DNA of 64,000 bases. It comes from Thermoanaerobaculia bacterium (GTDB lineage Bacteria; Acidobacteriota; Thermoanaerobaculia; UBA5066). The notes under the pieces are model-generated. The model was not told the DNA's origin, made no database searches, and saw only the letters and a program-made list of their open reading frames with translations. The stretch lies in the NCBI GenBank assembly GCA_963719225.1, contig CAVRAY010000001.1:1088001-1152000 (forward strand), given 5' to 3'. Position numbers and translations under genes: made by a program. Within the stretch, counting starts at the first letter, position 1; every line of letters begins with the position of its first letter. Positions 28,963-40,500 of the stretch are shown piece by piece.

Positions 28963-29937
28963 ATGTCGAACGTCCTCGTTTTCATCGAGCAGCGGGACGG
29001 CAAGCTGCGGAAGTCCTCGCTGGAGGCCTTGAGTCTCGGTCATTCACTTTCTAAGAAAAGCGGCGGTGCACTTGCCGCTGTGATTGCCGGATCCGGCATC
29101 GGGTCTTTGGCCTCAGAGCTCGCTGCGTACGGCGCCGCGAAGGTGTTCGTCGCCGACAAGCCGGAGCTCGCGTTGTTCTCGTCCGAGGGCTACACCGCGG
29201 CCCTCGATGCCGCGGCGACGGCCTTCAAGCCGTCCATCGTCCTCGTCTCGGCCACCGCCATGGGTCGCGACGTCGCCCCGCGCTTCGCCGCGCGCCGCGG
29301 CGTCTCGGTGCTGTCGGACGTGATGACGCTCGACGTCGAGGGCGGCCGCCTCGCGGGCGAACGGCCGGTCTATTCGGGAAAGGCGCGCGTGCGCGTCACG
29401 CCAGCGGCGAACGCCGAGATCCAGGTCGCGACGCCGCGCCCGAACGTGTTTCCGGCGTCGAAGAGCCCGGGCGCGGGCGAGGTCGTGAACCTCGACCTTC
29501 CGGCTCTGAAAATCCGCGCGAAGGTCGTGAAGGTGGAGGCGGCCGAGGCCGGCGAGATCGACGTGGCCGAGGCGGACAAGATCGTCAGCGGGGGTCGCGG
29601 CATCAAGGGGCCCGAGAACTGGCCCATCCTGCGGGCGCTGTGCCACGAGCTGGGCGCCGCGCTGGGCGCCTCGCGTGCCGCGGTGGATGCCGGCTGGATC
29701 GGGCACGAGCACCAGGTGGGGCAGACCGGGAAAGTCGTCTCGCCGTCGCTCTACATCGCGTGCGGCGTCTCCGGCGCGATCCAGCATCTCGCGGGGATGG
29801 GCTCGTCGAAGGTCATCGTGGCCATCAACAAGGACCCCGAGGCGCCGATCTTCAAGGTCGCCACGTACGGCATCGTGGGCGACCTCTTCCAGATCGTGCC
29901 TGCGATGACGGAAGCGGCGAAAAAGCTGAAGGCCTAG
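28963..29937 (+). CDS. etfA: Electron transfer flavoprotein alpha subunit
   Basis: [33 protein letters not shown]. Confidence 0.96.
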   Translation: MSNVLVFIEQRDGKLRKSSLEALSLGHSLSKKSGGALAAVIAGSGIGSLASELAAYGAAKVFVADKPELALFSSEGYTAALDAAATAFKPSIVLVSATAMGRDVAPRFAARRGVSVLSDVMTLDVEGGRLAGERPVYSGKARVRVTPAANAEIQVATPRPNVFPASKSPGAGEVVNLDLPALKIRAKVVKVEAAEAGEIDVAEADKIVSGGRGIKGPENWPILRALCHELGAALGASRAAVDAGWIGHEHQVGQTGKVVSPSLYIACGVSGAIQHLAGMGSSKVIVAINKDPEAPIFKVATYGIVGDLFQIVPAMTEAAKKLKA

Positions 29938-30146
29938 CGGCCGCGCTGTCCCCTGACCGCCTCCTACCGCGAACGCTCGGGCCCCTATTTCCGATGCCCT
30001 CTTGCCCTCGCTCTCGAGCTCCGCGCGCGGCGATCTTCTCTGAGGCTTCGGCCGTCGGACGCGCGTCGCTCGACGTCGCGCACGAAGGCAGTCAGGCGCC
30101 TTCGCGCCGCTGCCTCTTCACCTTCTAAGAATTCTCTTCTTGATCC

Positions 30147-31949
30147 CTAGTTGACGATCGCGCGGAACTCCGCGTAGGACGGGCCGCAGCCGTTCGTGTA
30201 GAAGACCCGGATGATGTCCTGTCCGGGGAAAGGCCCGGGGAGGTAAGCGAAGACTCCCGGGCTCGATTCCGAGAAGTGCATCGCGCTCTGGTTCTGCACG
30301 ATGACGAAGCGGAGGAGCGTCGGGTCCGCGACCCCCGTCACGTTGATGAACACGTAGCCCGAGCTCGCGGGCACGGTGACCATGTTCGGGTTCAGGATCG
30401 GCGTGAAGGGCTGCAGGTCGACAGGGACGGTGAGCGTCGCCGTCGCGGTCGGTCCTCCGACGAGGATCGGAAACGCGGTCAGCGTGAACGTGGTGTCGCC
30501 GGTGATCGTCGTCCCGACCGATCCGTTCGGCGCGAGTCCGAAGGGCGAGACCACGGGGTCGATGTTCACGCTGCGGGCGTTCTCGGTCTCCCACGACAGG
30601 ATGATGTTCGACGACGAGCCGCAGCCGCGCGCCGGATCGGCCGTGAAGAAGTTGACCGCGGGCGAGCCGGGCGTGATGACCGTCGCCGTGAACGTGGCGG
30701 TGCCGGCGCCGCAGGAGCCGCCGGGCACGGTGAGGCGGACGATGTCGGTGCCGGGGATCGAACCGGCGGTGTACGTGAAGCTGTTGCCGTTCACGACGAA
30801 CGTCGAGCCGGTCGATTCGTGCTTGTCGAAGGTGATCGTGACGAGGGTCCCCGTGTAGACCACGGGGATCGAGCCGATCACGACCTGGCTGGTGCCGACC
30901 GTCATCGATGCGGGCGTCGGCGTGGGCGGCGTCGTGGGCGGCGTGAGCGTGATTTTGCGCGACGACGTGGAGGTGGCGCCCGAAAGCGCGACGGCCGTGA
31001 GCGTGATGTCGCCCGCCGAGACGACCTGGAGGTTCGCCGTACCCGAGGCCGCGAGGTCGCCCGCGGCGCCCGTGATGTTCACGTGGTCCGCCCCCGTCGT
31101 CGTCCACGTCGCGGTGACCGACAGCGGCGGGCAGCCCGAGGAGGGCGAGATCGTGAAGGAGGTGATGACGGGCGCCGTCGAGAAGGCGCCACGCGCGACG
31201 GAGAGCGACAGCGCGCTGCCGTCGCTCGTCAGGTTGTCGTTCTTGATCGCGTACGGGAGCCCCGCCCCGGTGAGCATCCGGAAGCGCAGCGCGAGCTGCG
31301 CGCGCTCCGCGGTTTCGGGCACGAGGACCGAGAGCGCCTGCTGCCCGGCCGAGCCGGGCACGGCGAAGATCTGGCCGGTGCCGAGCGGATTGCCGCCTTC
31401 GAAGGCCGTCACCTCGACCGTGCAGCCCTGCGCGGAGAGAGGGCTGCACAGGACGCCCACGTTCGTGCGCGAGTGGCCGGGGTCGAGCGAGGACGACGCC
31501 TCGGCGCCGCCGCCCCAGGACTCGTCGCCGGCCGCGAGGAAGTCGGAGATCGGGAAGGCCGTCGTCACCGTGCCGAAGCGTCCGCCCGGCGTGTCGTTGA
31601 ACGTCTCGGACCAGGCGTTGACGGGGGAGTCGCTCCTGAGGTGATAGAGGAATGTCCCTCTCCCGTCGACGGCCGCGGGCGCGGGGATGACGGCGACGCC
31701 GCGGGTGGAGAGCGTGAACGGCAGGCTCGCGAGGGTGGCGCCGCCCACGAAGAAATCGATGGATCCCGTCGCCGCGCCGACGCTCGAGACGTAGATGTTC
31801 GTGTCGAAGCGCGCGTTCGCGCCCACACCCTTCGCGGCCGGGCCGCCCCAGAGATCCGTGCCGGCGGGCGCGGCGGCTTGAAGGGCGCCGGCCGCGGCCA
31901 GCGCGAACACGATCGAAGCGGTCCGGAAGGACCTTCGGAGATGCGTCAT
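30147..31949 (-). CDS. Secreted beta-rich (Ig-like repeat) surface protein
   Basis: Signal peptide; Thr/Gly/Ser-rich repeats (P.I.SFT..P..GC). Confidence 0.7.
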   Translation of the reverse strand: MTHLRRSFRTASIVFALAAAGALQAAAPAGTDLWGGPAAKGVGANARFDTNIYVSSVGAATGSIDFFVGGATLASLPFTLSTRGVAVIPAPAAVDGRGTFLYHLRSDSPVNAWSETFNDTPGGRFGTVTTAFPISDFLAAGDESWGGGAEASSSLDPGHSRTNVGVLCSPLSAQGCTVEVTAFEGGNPLGTGQIFAVPGSAGQQALSVLVPETAERAQLALRFRMLTGAGLPYAIKNDNLTSDGSALSLSVARGAFSTAPVITSFTISPSSGCPPLSVTATWTTTGADHVNITGAAGDLAASGTANLQVVSAGDITLTAVALSGATSTSSRKITLTPPTTPPTPTPASMTVGTSQVVIGSIPVVYTGTLVTITFDKHESTGSTFVVNGNSFTYTAGSIPGTDIVRLTVPGGSCGAGTATFTATVITPGSPAVNFFTADPARGCGSSSNIILSWETENARSVNIDPVVSPFGLAPNGSVGTTITGDTTFTLTAFPILVGGPTATATLTVPVDLQPFTPILNPNMVTVPASSGYVFINVTGVADPTLLRFVIVQNQSAMHFSESSPGVFAYLPGPFPGQDIIRVFYTNGCGPSYAEFRAIVN

Positions 31950-32035
31950 CGGGCTTCTCCCGTGGCGGACGTCGCGTTGAAAGGACGGAGCTACCACGGC
32001 TTATCTTACAACACGCTGCGCTATCCTCCCTTGCG

Positions 32036-34129
32036 ATGACGATCACGCCGGCCCAGGCCACGTACTTCGGCTTCCCCGGGACCCTTCTCTTCGCCCTGCT
32101 GCTGCTCTCGGCGCTTGCCTTTTTCACGTACACCGTCTCGCGCCGGGTCCAGCTCCTCACGCTCGGCGGCTCCCGCGAAGACCGCCTCGACCGACCGCTC
32201 GCGCGCCTCTGGCACATGGTCGAGTACGGGCTTCTGCAGCGGAAGATGTTCCGCGACCCGTACGCCGGCGTCTATCACGCGCTGATCTTCAGCGGCTTCA
32301 TCGTCCTCCTCCTGCGCACGCTGACGCTCGTCTTCGAGGGCCTGTTTCCCGGGGCCGGCCTGCCGTTCCTTCCGGCGGGATTCTGGCGGGGATATCTCCT
32401 TCTCAAGGACCTCGTCCTCGTGACGACGTTCGCCGGCGTCGTCCTCGCGCTCGCGCGCCGCCACGTCGTGAAGAAAGAGCGGCTCGATCCGTCCTTCGAC
32501 GCGGACCTGATCCTCCTCCTCATCGGCTTTCTGATGGTGACGGACTTCGGCGCCGGCGCCGCGAAGATGGCGCTGGAGGCGGCGAAGACGCCCGCTTCGG
32601 CCTTCGCCGCCCTCGCGGGAAACGCTCTCTGGGAGCCCCTGACCTATTCGCTCTCGAAGCAATTCTTTTCTTCTCTTTCTCCTTCTTCTCTCAACTCAAT
32701 TTATTTCGGTTGCTGGTGGGCGCATCTCGTCGCGATCTTCGTGTTCGCGAACTACCTGCCGTTCGCGAAGCACTTCCACGTGATCACGGCCCTTCCGAAC
32801 CTGTTCTTCGCGAAGCTCGAGCCCGCCGGGAAGATGACGACGTTCGACATCGAGAAGGCGGCCGAGGCCGAGAAGTTCGGCGTGTCGAAGATCGAGGACT
32901 TCACCTGGAAGCAGAAGCTCGACATGTTCACGTGCACCGAGTGCGGGCGCTGCCGCGAGGTGTGCCCGACGCACCTCACGGGGAAACCGCTCACGCCGAA
33001 GGGCTTCATGGTGGACCTGCGCAACGCGCTCTACACGGACGCGGACGCGCTGATCGACGCCGACGCGGGCCGCGGCGACGGCTCGGCCGAGAAGGCGCTC
33101 GCGGCGCGGACGCCGCTCATCGGAGGCTGGATCGACGAGGAGACGATCTGGGCCTGCACGACGTGCCGCTACTGCGAGCACGCGTGCCCCGTGGGGATCA
33201 CGTACGTCGACAAGATCACCGACCTGCGCCGGCACCTCGTCCTCGAGAAGAGCGAGTTCCCGAAGGAGGCGCAGACCGCCTTCAACGGCATGGAGCGCCA
33301 GGGAAACCCGTGGAACCTCGCCGCCTCGGACCGCGCGGCGTGGACGAAGGAGCTGCCGTTCCCCGTCCTGACGATGGCCGAAGCGGGCGACGCGAAGGTC
33401 GACGTCCTCTTCTGGGTGGGCTGCGCCGGGTCGTACGAGGACCGGGGCAAGCGCGTGTCGCGGTCGCTCGCGCTCCTCCTCCACGAGGCCGGCGTGACGT
33501 TCGCGATCCTCGGGACCGAGGAGACGTGCACGGGCGACGCGGCGCGCCGGCTCGGGAACGAGTACCTCTTCCAGACGCTCGCGCAGCAGAACGTCGAGAC
33601 GATGAAGGGCTACGGCGTGACGAAGATCGTCACGAACTGCCCGCACTGCTTCAACACGCTCGCGAACGAGTATCCCGACTTCGGCGGCAAGTTCGAGGTG
33701 ATGCACGGGACCGAGCTCGTGTCGCGGCTCGTCACGGAGGGGCGGATCCGCCTCGTGAACGGGAAGGCGAGGTCGATCTCGTTCCACGATCCCTGCTACC
33801 TCGGGCGCCACAACGGCATCTACGACGCGCCGCGCGAGCTCCTGAACGCGATCCCTGGCATCCAGCTCAAGGAGCTGCCGAGAAGCCGCGCGAACGGCAT
33901 GTGCTGCGGCGCGGGAGGCGGGCGCATGTGGCTGGAGGAGACGATCGGGGCGCGCGTGAACCAGTCCCGTTTCGCCGAGATCGAGGCGAACGGGACCGAC
34001 GCGGTCGGCGTCTCGTGCCCGTTTTGCATGGTGATGCTCGGCAACGCGAAGACTGAGCTCGCGGGCAGGACCGAGGCGTACGACGTCCTCGAGCTGGCCG
34101 CCCGCGCGCTGCCCGTCCACCCGGCCTGA
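32036..34129 (+). CDS. Membrane Fe-S/CCG oxidoreductase (FadF / ETF:quinone oxidoreductase-like)
   Basis: TM N-terminus, CTECGRCREVCP, CTTCRYCEHACP, CCG domains. Confidence 0.9.
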   Translation: MTITPAQATYFGFPGTLLFALLLLSALAFFTYTVSRRVQLLTLGGSREDRLDRPLARLWHMVEYGLLQRKMFRDPYAGVYHALIFSGFIVLLLRTLTLVFEGLFPGAGLPFLPAGFWRGYLLLKDLVLVTTFAGVVLALARRHVVKKERLDPSFDADLILLLIGFLMVTDFGAGAAKMALEAAKTPASAFAALAGNALWEPLTYSLSKQFFSSLSPSSLNSIYFGCWWAHLVAIFVFANYLPFAKHFHVITALPNLFFAKLEPAGKMTTFDIEKAAEAEKFGVSKIEDFTWKQKLDMFTCTECGRCREVCPTHLTGKPLTPKGFMVDLRNALYTDADALIDADAGRGDGSAEKALAARTPLIGGWIDEETIWACTTCRYCEHACPVGITYVDKITDLRRHLVLEKSEFPKEAQTAFNGMERQGNPWNLAASDRAAWTKELPFPVLTMAEAGDAKVDVLFWVGCAGSYEDRGKRVSRSLALLLHEAGVTFAILGTEETCTGDAARRLGNEYLFQTLAQQNVETMKGYGVTKIVTNCPHCFNTLANEYPDFGGKFEVMHGTELVSRLVTEGRIRLVNGKARSISFHDPCYLGRHNGIYDAPRELLNAIPGIQLKELPRSRANGMCCGAGGGRMWLEETIGARVNQSRFAEIEANGTDAVGVSCPFCMVMLGNAKTELAGRTEAYDVLELAARALPVHPA

Positions 34130-34161
34130 AACGGATTCGCGCGAGGGTGTAACCTTTCTGC

Positions 34162-34596
34162 ATGGCGGAGGACCCGAAAGTCCCGCGTGCGCCGACCCCG
34201 GCGGGCGGCACGCGGCCCGTACCGCGCATCGTGGGGCCCGTGGCGCCGCCCGTTTACACGGCGGGCGCGAAGCCCGGCGCGGCGCGCATCGCCTCGGAAG
34301 GGGCCGAGCCGCTCGTCACCGAAGGGATGAAGGCCCGTCGGCGCGACCTCGAGAAGAAGCGTCGCGTCGTCGCCTCGCTCCGCCAGGTCGAGGAGGAAGA
34401 AGCGACCGAACGCTGGCGGCGCGCGCGCGCCTGGATCTTCCGGCTCGTGGGCATTCTCGTCGCGCTCGGCGTTTACGCGAAGATCCAGTCGATGTACGGC
34501 AACCGGTGGCCGATGATGGCCGTGTGGATCTTCCTCGCGGTCGTCCTCGGCGTCGCCGTGTCCTGGCTGCTCTGGTACCTGGACTACTCCGACTAG
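34162..34596 (+). CDS. Hypothetical membrane protein
   Basis: Two C-terminal TM helices. Confidence 0.6.
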   Translation: MAEDPKVPRAPTPAGGTRPVPRIVGPVAPPVYTAGAKPGAARIASEGAEPLVTEGMKARRRDLEKKRRVVASLRQVEEEEATERWRRARAWIFRLVGILVALGVYAKIQSMYGNRWPMMAVWIFLAVVLGVAVSWLLWYLDYSD

Positions 34597-34886
34597 TCGT
34601 CGTCGAAGATCCCCTTCGGCTTCCCGGGATCGGCCTTCGCGCGCTCGAGCGCTTCCTTGAACGTCTTCTCGAGGATGCCGGCCTTGTTCTTCTCGCGCTC
34701 GACCGTCGCGGCGAAGAGGTCCTCGGCGCGCTCCTTGCGCCGCACGTTCTCCTTCGCGGCCTCCTCGAGCGACCCGAGCTTGTTCTTGGAGGACAGGGGC
34801 TCGTGCGACAGGACGGCCCCGGAGTCGGGGTCCACCTTCAGCGTCGAGCCGCAGTCGGGGCACAGCACGAGGAGGGTGTCGCTCAT
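34593..34886 (-). CDS. Small CxxC / coiled-coil hypothetical protein
   Basis: CPDC motif followed by a charged helix. Confidence 0.7.
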   Translation of the reverse strand: MSDTLLVLCPDCGSTLKVDPDSGAVLSHEPLSSKNKLGSLEEAAKENVRRKERAEDLFAATVEREKNKAGILEKTFKEALERAKADPGKPKGIFDDD

Positions 34887-35127
34887 GTCCGGGGGGAATT
34901 ATCCTCCGAACGTGAATTCCGAAGAAGGTACGGACTGGAAGAAGCGGCTGAAGGCGCTGGGAATCGTCAGAAAGAGGAAGAAAGGGAAGAAGAGAGAAGA
35001 TTCTCTTAGAAGGGAAGAGGGGAAGGGCGGCGCGGCCGCAGGCGTCCCGCATCGAAGCGAGGCGCCGGCGGCAGTCCCTCTTTCATTCGAAGAAAACCCC
35101 GGTGGTTCTCTTCGGACCTTACAGAAA

Positions 35128-35475
35128 GTGAGAAGCGGACAGGAAGGCGAAGACATCGCCTGCGCCCTACTAGCAGAGAATTCTCTCCTCGTCCTCGATC
35201 GAAATGTCCGGTACCGGGACGGGGAGATCGACATCGTCGCCCGGGACGGGGAGACGACCGTCTTCATCGAGGTCAAGCGCCGCCGGGACGCGGCGCTCGG
35301 CACGCCGGCCGAAGCCGTGACGCGGACGAAGCGCGCGCGCGTGTTGCGGGCCGCCCGCCGCTGGCTCGCGGCGCACCCTTCGCGGTCGGGCCTGGTGCGC
35401 TTCGACGTCGTCGCCATCCAGGACGATTCCCCCGACGTCGAATGGCTGCGCGGGGCGTTCGACGCGTCACGGTAA
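35128..35475 (+). CDS. yraN: YraN family PD-(D/E)xK nuclease
   Basis: G..GE..A, GEIDIVA, VFIEVK.R, RFDVVAI; start approximate. Confidence 0.88.
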   Translation: MRSGQEGEDIACALLAENSLLVLDRNVRYRDGEIDIVARDGETTVFIEVKRRRDAALGTPAEAVTRTKRARVLRAARRWLAAHPSRSGLVRFDVVAIQDDSPDVEWLRGAFDASR

Positions 35476-35485
35476 ATTGGAGCTC

Positions 35486-35517
35486 AAAAAACGGGGCCCG
35501 GCAGACGCCGGGCCCCG
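35486..35517 (-). terminator. Intrinsic terminator after the tRNA
   Basis: CGGGGCCCGGC / GCCGGGCCCCG stem with a T6 tract on the minus strand. Confidence 0.85.
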
Positions 35518-35527
35518 GATTCGACTA

Positions 35528-35602
<75 letters not shown>

Positions 35603-35659
35603 TCAGGAGTTGCGGAGAATAAGGGACCGCTTCGGAACCGTCAAGGACGCGGAGCGGTC

Positions 35660-36070
35660 CTACGCGCGCTGTGCGCGCGGGTCGCGCGGGTTGGGCGTGG
35701 GCGAGAGGATCTCGCGGGGGCCGGGCGTCGGAGTCGGGACGATCTTGTCCCCCGGATTTCCGCCGGGAGTGCGGCTGATCCCCGGCGTCCTGAGCGGATC
35801 GAGCCTCGGGATTCCCGGCGTGCGCGAACCGCGCAGCTCGGGAGTCGGCATCGGCGTTGGGATGATCTCGCGCGCGGGACTCGCGGGCGGCGTCCCCTCC
35901 GGTCGCGGCGGAGGAGTCGTCTCGGGAGTGAGCTCGAGCCCCGGCACGGCCGTCGGCACAGGCGTCGCCGCGGGCGGAGGCACGGGAGTCGGCGGGGGCG
36001 TCGGCTCCTGCATCAGGCCCGCGATCGCGCTGCCCAGAGTCCCGGCCAGGATCAGCGCTTTGTAATTCAT
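35660..36070 (-). CDS. Pro/Thr-rich secreted hypothetical protein
   Basis: Signal-like N-terminus and PT repeats. Confidence 0.55.
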   Translation of the reverse strand: MNYKALILAGTLGSAIAGLMQEPTPPPTPVPPPAATPVPTAVPGLELTPETTPPPRPEGTPPASPAREIIPTPMPTPELRGSRTPGIPRLDPLRTPGISRTPGGNPGDKIVPTPTPGPREILSPTPNPRDPRAQRA

Positions 36071-36125
36071 GCCCTTCCCGATGAGCGGGAGGCACGGCAC
36101 ATGCCAGCGATACCTTCCTCGCGCG

Positions 36126-36548
36126 TCACGCGGCGGCGCGGACGACCACGACCGGGCAGAGCGCCTCGCAGACGACGCGCATCGCCACGCTGCCGAAGAC
36201 GAGCCGCGAGACGCCCGTCCGGCCCTGCGTGCCGAGGACGAGGAGCGCCGCGTTCGCCCGGGCCGCCGCTTCCACGATCGCCGTGTGCGGAGTGCCGTCG
36301 AGAAGCTCGATGCGCACCCTGACGCCGGCGGCTTCGGCCCGCCGCCGCAGGGCCTCGAGCTTCTTCAGGCAGATCGCGCGAAGCGGCGCGACTTCGCCGA
36401 TGCCGGTGTCGAGGAGGACGGAGGTCGGGATGACGTGCGCCACGACGAGCTCGGCCGAGCGGAGCCTCGCCTCGTCGAGCGCCGTGAGGAACGCCCGGTC
36501 GGATGCGGGCGAGAAGTCCGTCCCGAAGAAGATCGTTCCGTCGCTCAT
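36126..36548 (-). CDS. Universal stress protein
   Basis: GTDFS..S, LVLGTQGRTG...FGSVA, CPVVVV. Confidence 0.92.
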   Translation of the reverse strand: MSDGTIFFGTDFSPASDRAFLTALDEARLRSAELVVAHVIPTSVLLDTGIGEVAPLRAICLKKLEALRRRAEAAGVRVRIELLDGTPHTAIVEAAARANAALLVLGTQGRTGVSRLVFGSVAMRVVCEALCPVVVVRAAA

Positions 36549-36570
36549 GAGTCCTCCGATCCCGGCCCGA

Positions 36571-37026
36571 TCAGCCGCGGGCCTTGCCGGCTTTTCTCGG
36601 CCGTCCGATCTTCGCCACGCGCCTGGTCCGGGTCGCGCGCGCCGGCGTCGGCGGCTGCTCGGCGAGGAGGCGGAGGAGGTCGGAAACGGTGACGATGCCG
36701 GCCAGCTTGCCGTCCGCCTCGATCACGGGCAGACAGCCGATGTTCCAGCCGCGCATGACGTTCGCCGCCTGGCGCACGGGCATGCTCGGCGTCGCCTTGA
36801 CCGCGTACGCCGTCATCATCGCGGAGATCGGACGTATGCGGCGGATCTCGTCGCGATCGCGTCCGCCGAGGTCGCGCGCGGAAACGACGCCGACGACTTC
36901 ACCGCCTTCGCCGGTCACGACGAGATGGTGGATTCGCTTCCAGCGCATCAGATTCCACGCCGCCTCCGCGTTCTCCCGATGGGAGACGGTCTGGACGCGC
37001 CTGGTCATGATGTCCTGGACTCGCAT
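36571..37026 (-). CDS. CBS domain protein
   Basis: Two CBS repeats (IHHLVV..GVVS.RDL; IGCLPV..GIVT.SDLL). Confidence 0.92.
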   Translation of the reverse strand: MRVQDIMTRRVQTVSHRENAEAAWNLMRWKRIHHLVVTGEGGEVVGVVSARDLGGRDRDEIRRIRPISAMMTAYAVKATPSMPVRQAANVMRGWNIGCLPVIEADGKLAGIVTVSDLLRLLAEQPPTPARATRTRRVAKIGRPRKAGKARG

Positions 37027-37052
37027 GGGAAACCCCCTCTATACGATCGGGA

Positions 37053-37068
37053 CGTGACGCACCTCACG
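37053..37068. promoter_or_regulatory. CRP/FNR-type palindrome
   Basis: CGTGA-N6-TCACG between the divergent CBS/USP and hemerythrin genes. Confidence 0.55.
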
Positions 37069-37166
37069 CCATGAGCCACCTGAATCAGGCACACTCGCGA
37101 CGGGCGTTCGCCCGGTTGTGCTCACGCCGTATCATTTCGGATGTACAAGGGAAGAGGAGGAGATCG

Positions 37167-37571
37167 ATGGCGATGGCCGCAGGCCGGAAAGACGTTCCCG
37201 GCCTCCCCGAGATCGAGCGGGAGCACGATCTCCAGGTCGCGCTCGTGGATGCGTTCGAGAGAGCCGTGGGGGCGAACGAGCGCATCGTGGCCGGGAAGAT
37301 CCTCGAGGAGATGGCCGATCTCTTCGAGACGCACTTCCTCGCCGAGGAGCTCGTCATGCGGTTGCATCAGTACCCCGCTTTCGAAGAGCACGCCGCCGAG
37401 CACGTGAGGCTGATCCGCGAGATGAACGAGCTCCTGCGCCTGAACACGGCCGGCACGCTCGAGATCACTCTGGACCTCGCCGAGCGCCTCCGGCGCACGC
37501 TCACGAGTCATCTTCGCGGGGCCGACCACGCCTTCGCGACGTTCATGCGCCGCGAACGCGTGGCGACCTGA
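37167..37571 (+). CDS. Bacteriohemerythrin family protein
   Basis: H...HF..EE..M...YP...H...H...H....D motif. Confidence 0.88.
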   Translation: MAMAAGRKDVPGLPEIEREHDLQVALVDAFERAVGANERIVAGKILEEMADLFETHFLAEELVMRLHQYPAFEEHAAEHVRLIREMNELLRLNTAGTLEITLDLAERLRRTLTSHLRGADHAFATFMRRERVAT

Positions 37572-37593
37572 CCGACCCCAAGAAAAATCCTTC

Positions 37594-40500
37594 CTACCAG
37601 AGCAGGTGGACTCCGAGCTGTACCTGGCGCGGGTCGCCGAGGCCGCTCTGAACGGTGCCGTCGAAGTTGAAGAGCAGTGACGTCGACTCCGGCTTCCTGA
37701 GGTTCTTGCTGTTGAAGAGGTTGAACACCTCGACGATGGGCTCGATCGTGAGCCCTCCGGCGGCGAACGCACGGGAGATCCTGAGATCGAGCGAGTTGAA
37801 CTGGTTGTCCTTGCGGCCGAGGTTGCGCGTCGTGACGGAGCCGTCCGGGTTGATCCGGTCCGTCGGCGGCGACAGAACCGAGTCGGCGCCCGTCCCCGTG
37901 ATCGACTTCGGCTGCGCGGAGCGGTACGACCAGCGCGCGTTCACGTTGACCTCGCCGGGCGCCTTCCAGAGGACGTAGGCGTTCACGCGGTGCCGCTGGT
38001 CGCGGTCCGAGTAGCCGTACTCGGCGTCGAGGTCCGTGACCTTCGCGTAGCGGAGCGTGAAGGGGTCGCGCTCGTTGTCGTCATCCGACTTGTCCCACGA
38101 GAGCGTGTAGAACGCCTGGAACTCGAAGTTGTTCGTGAAGCGCCTGATGAGCCCGAGCGTGATCCCGTTGTAGACGCTGTGGCCCGTCGACTCGACCGTC
38201 GTGAGCGAGCCGACGCCGTTCGTGCCGTCGGCGCCGAGGCCCGTCGACCAGGGCGAGCCGAGGAGAGGGTCGTTGCGGTCGATGAACCGCGTGATGTTGA
38301 CCGTGTGGGCATAGTTGTACTTGAGCGAGACGGCGACGTCGGGCGCGACCTCGCGTTCGATCGCCAGAGCGGCGCTGTACGTCCGCGGGTTCTTGAAGTC
38401 CTTGCTGAACACGTACACGCCCGGGTGGTCGGGGACGGCCGGCAGGGAGGAGAGCGGAATGAGGTTCGGATACGCGGGAACCGGCAGGCCGAACGGCGTC
38501 AGGAAGCTCGCGCGGAACACGTCGTACCCGAGGCTGCCGTTCGTCGAGCGCGTCGAGGCGAGGTTCAGTCCGGGCACGCGGCCCGAGAAGATACCGGCGT
38601 TCGCGCGCAGGACCGTCTTGCCGTCGTTCTTCGGGTCGAACGTGATCCCGAGCCGGGGCTGCCACATCGAATAGTCGGACGGGATCTTGCCGTCGGACGG
38701 GAATTCCTGGCCCTTCGAGGTCTTGCCGATGAAGCCGGCGAAGAAGACCTTGTCGGGCGGCGTGATCGGGTCAGGCTCGATCTGCGCCTCCCAGCGCAGG
38801 CCGACGCTGATCGTGAGGTTCGGCAGCGGCTGCCATTTGTCCTGGAGGAACACGGCCGGCTCGTGCTGGACGATGTCCTGAGTGCCGGCCTCGTCGATCG
38901 TGAGGCCCGGTCCCGGCACGTGCTGCAGGTAGAGCGCGACGGGCCCCGTGATCGACGCTCCCGCCGGGCAGTTCCCGGTGTTGTTCGACGTGCCGTCCGA
39001 GCACTCGACGTACAGGTTGTTCTTCGTGAAGTTCAGGAATCCCTGGACCGAGCCGAAGATGACGCGGCCGTTCGCGAAGCCCCGGAACGTCTGCGCCGCG
39101 TTCGTCCGGTTGTACTCGACGCCCGCCTTGATCGTGTGGCTGCCCATGAGGAACGTGACGTTCTCGTTGAGCTGAAGGCGCGTGTCGTGGTAGTCGACGG
39201 GGATGAAGAACGGCTCGCCGAACCGGTAACCGTGGGCGAAGTCGACACCCGTGTCGGGGAAGGGGCGCTCGCCGCCGGGCACCGTCGGACCCTCGTACGG
39301 GCGAGGCCTGTCCTCGCGCGCCCACTGGAAACGAAATTCGTTCAGGAGGTTGCTCGTGAAAGTCGAGTTCAGAGAGCCGCTGCCGGCGTTCGAGTTCACG
39401 TCCTCGATCGCGTTCGAGCTGCGCGCCCATGGATCCACGTCGAACGTGCCGTTCACCTGCTCGGACCACGTGTAGTTGTACTTGAGGGAGAAGAGGTGCT
39501 GCTCGCTCGCCTGCCAGTCGAACTTCGCGAGGAAAACACGCGCGTCGTTCGTCCGGTCGATCGGACCGTTCTCGTTCGGTGCGCCGACCGAGGCGAAGTA
39601 CGACACGAGAAGAGGATCGATGCGGTTCGGGTCCGTCTGCTTCGTCGAGCGCCCGCGCTGGTAGTCGAAAGCCGTGAAGAAGAAGATCTTGTCCTTCACG
39701 AACGGCCCGCCGAGCGTGAAGCCGGCCTGGAGCTGGTTCGAGTCGAACTTCTCGGCGGAGCTGCCGTCCGGCTTGACGGCGGCCGAGGACAGGCTGTCGT
39801 TCTTGAAGTAGCCGTGGACGCTCCCGTGGATCTCGTTCGTGCCGGACTTCGTCACGACGTTCACGAAGCCGGAGCTCGCGCGCCCGAACTCCGCATTCGC
39901 GCCGTCGGAGACGACCACGACCTCCTTGACCGCGTCGAGGTTGAACGTGAAGGCTGGCCGCTGCCCGCCTCTCTGCTCGCCGAAGAACGGATTGTTGTAG
40001 TCCGCGCCGTCCACCGAGACGTTGTTGTTGATGCCCTTCTGACCGTTCACCGAGAGCTCGTCGCCGTCGGGGCCCTGGACGATCGTCACGCCGGGCGTCA
40101 GCTTCGTGAAATCGAGGTAGTTCCGGCCGTTGTTCGGAAGGCCCTTGATCGCGGCTGAGTCGATCTGCGTCGAGCCCTCGGTCCGCGTCGTCTCGACGAC
40201 GGGAGCCGCGCCGGTCACGGTCACGGACTCAGCCCTCTGGGAGAGCCTGAGTGCGAGTCCGGTGAGGTTGATCGTCTGGCCGACGCCGAGGTCGAGTCCC
40301 TCGCGGACGAGCGTCGTGAAGCCCGCGAGGCTCACGGTCACCCGGTAGGGGCCGAGAGGCAGGGCCACGCCGCGGAAGCGGCCGTCGGGGCCCGTCGTCG
40401 TCGCCTTCTCGAAGTTCGTGGCCGTGTTCCGGAGCGCGACCGAGGCTCCCGGAAGAGGAGCACCGGCCTCGTCGGAGACGGTGCCCTCGATGACGCCCGT

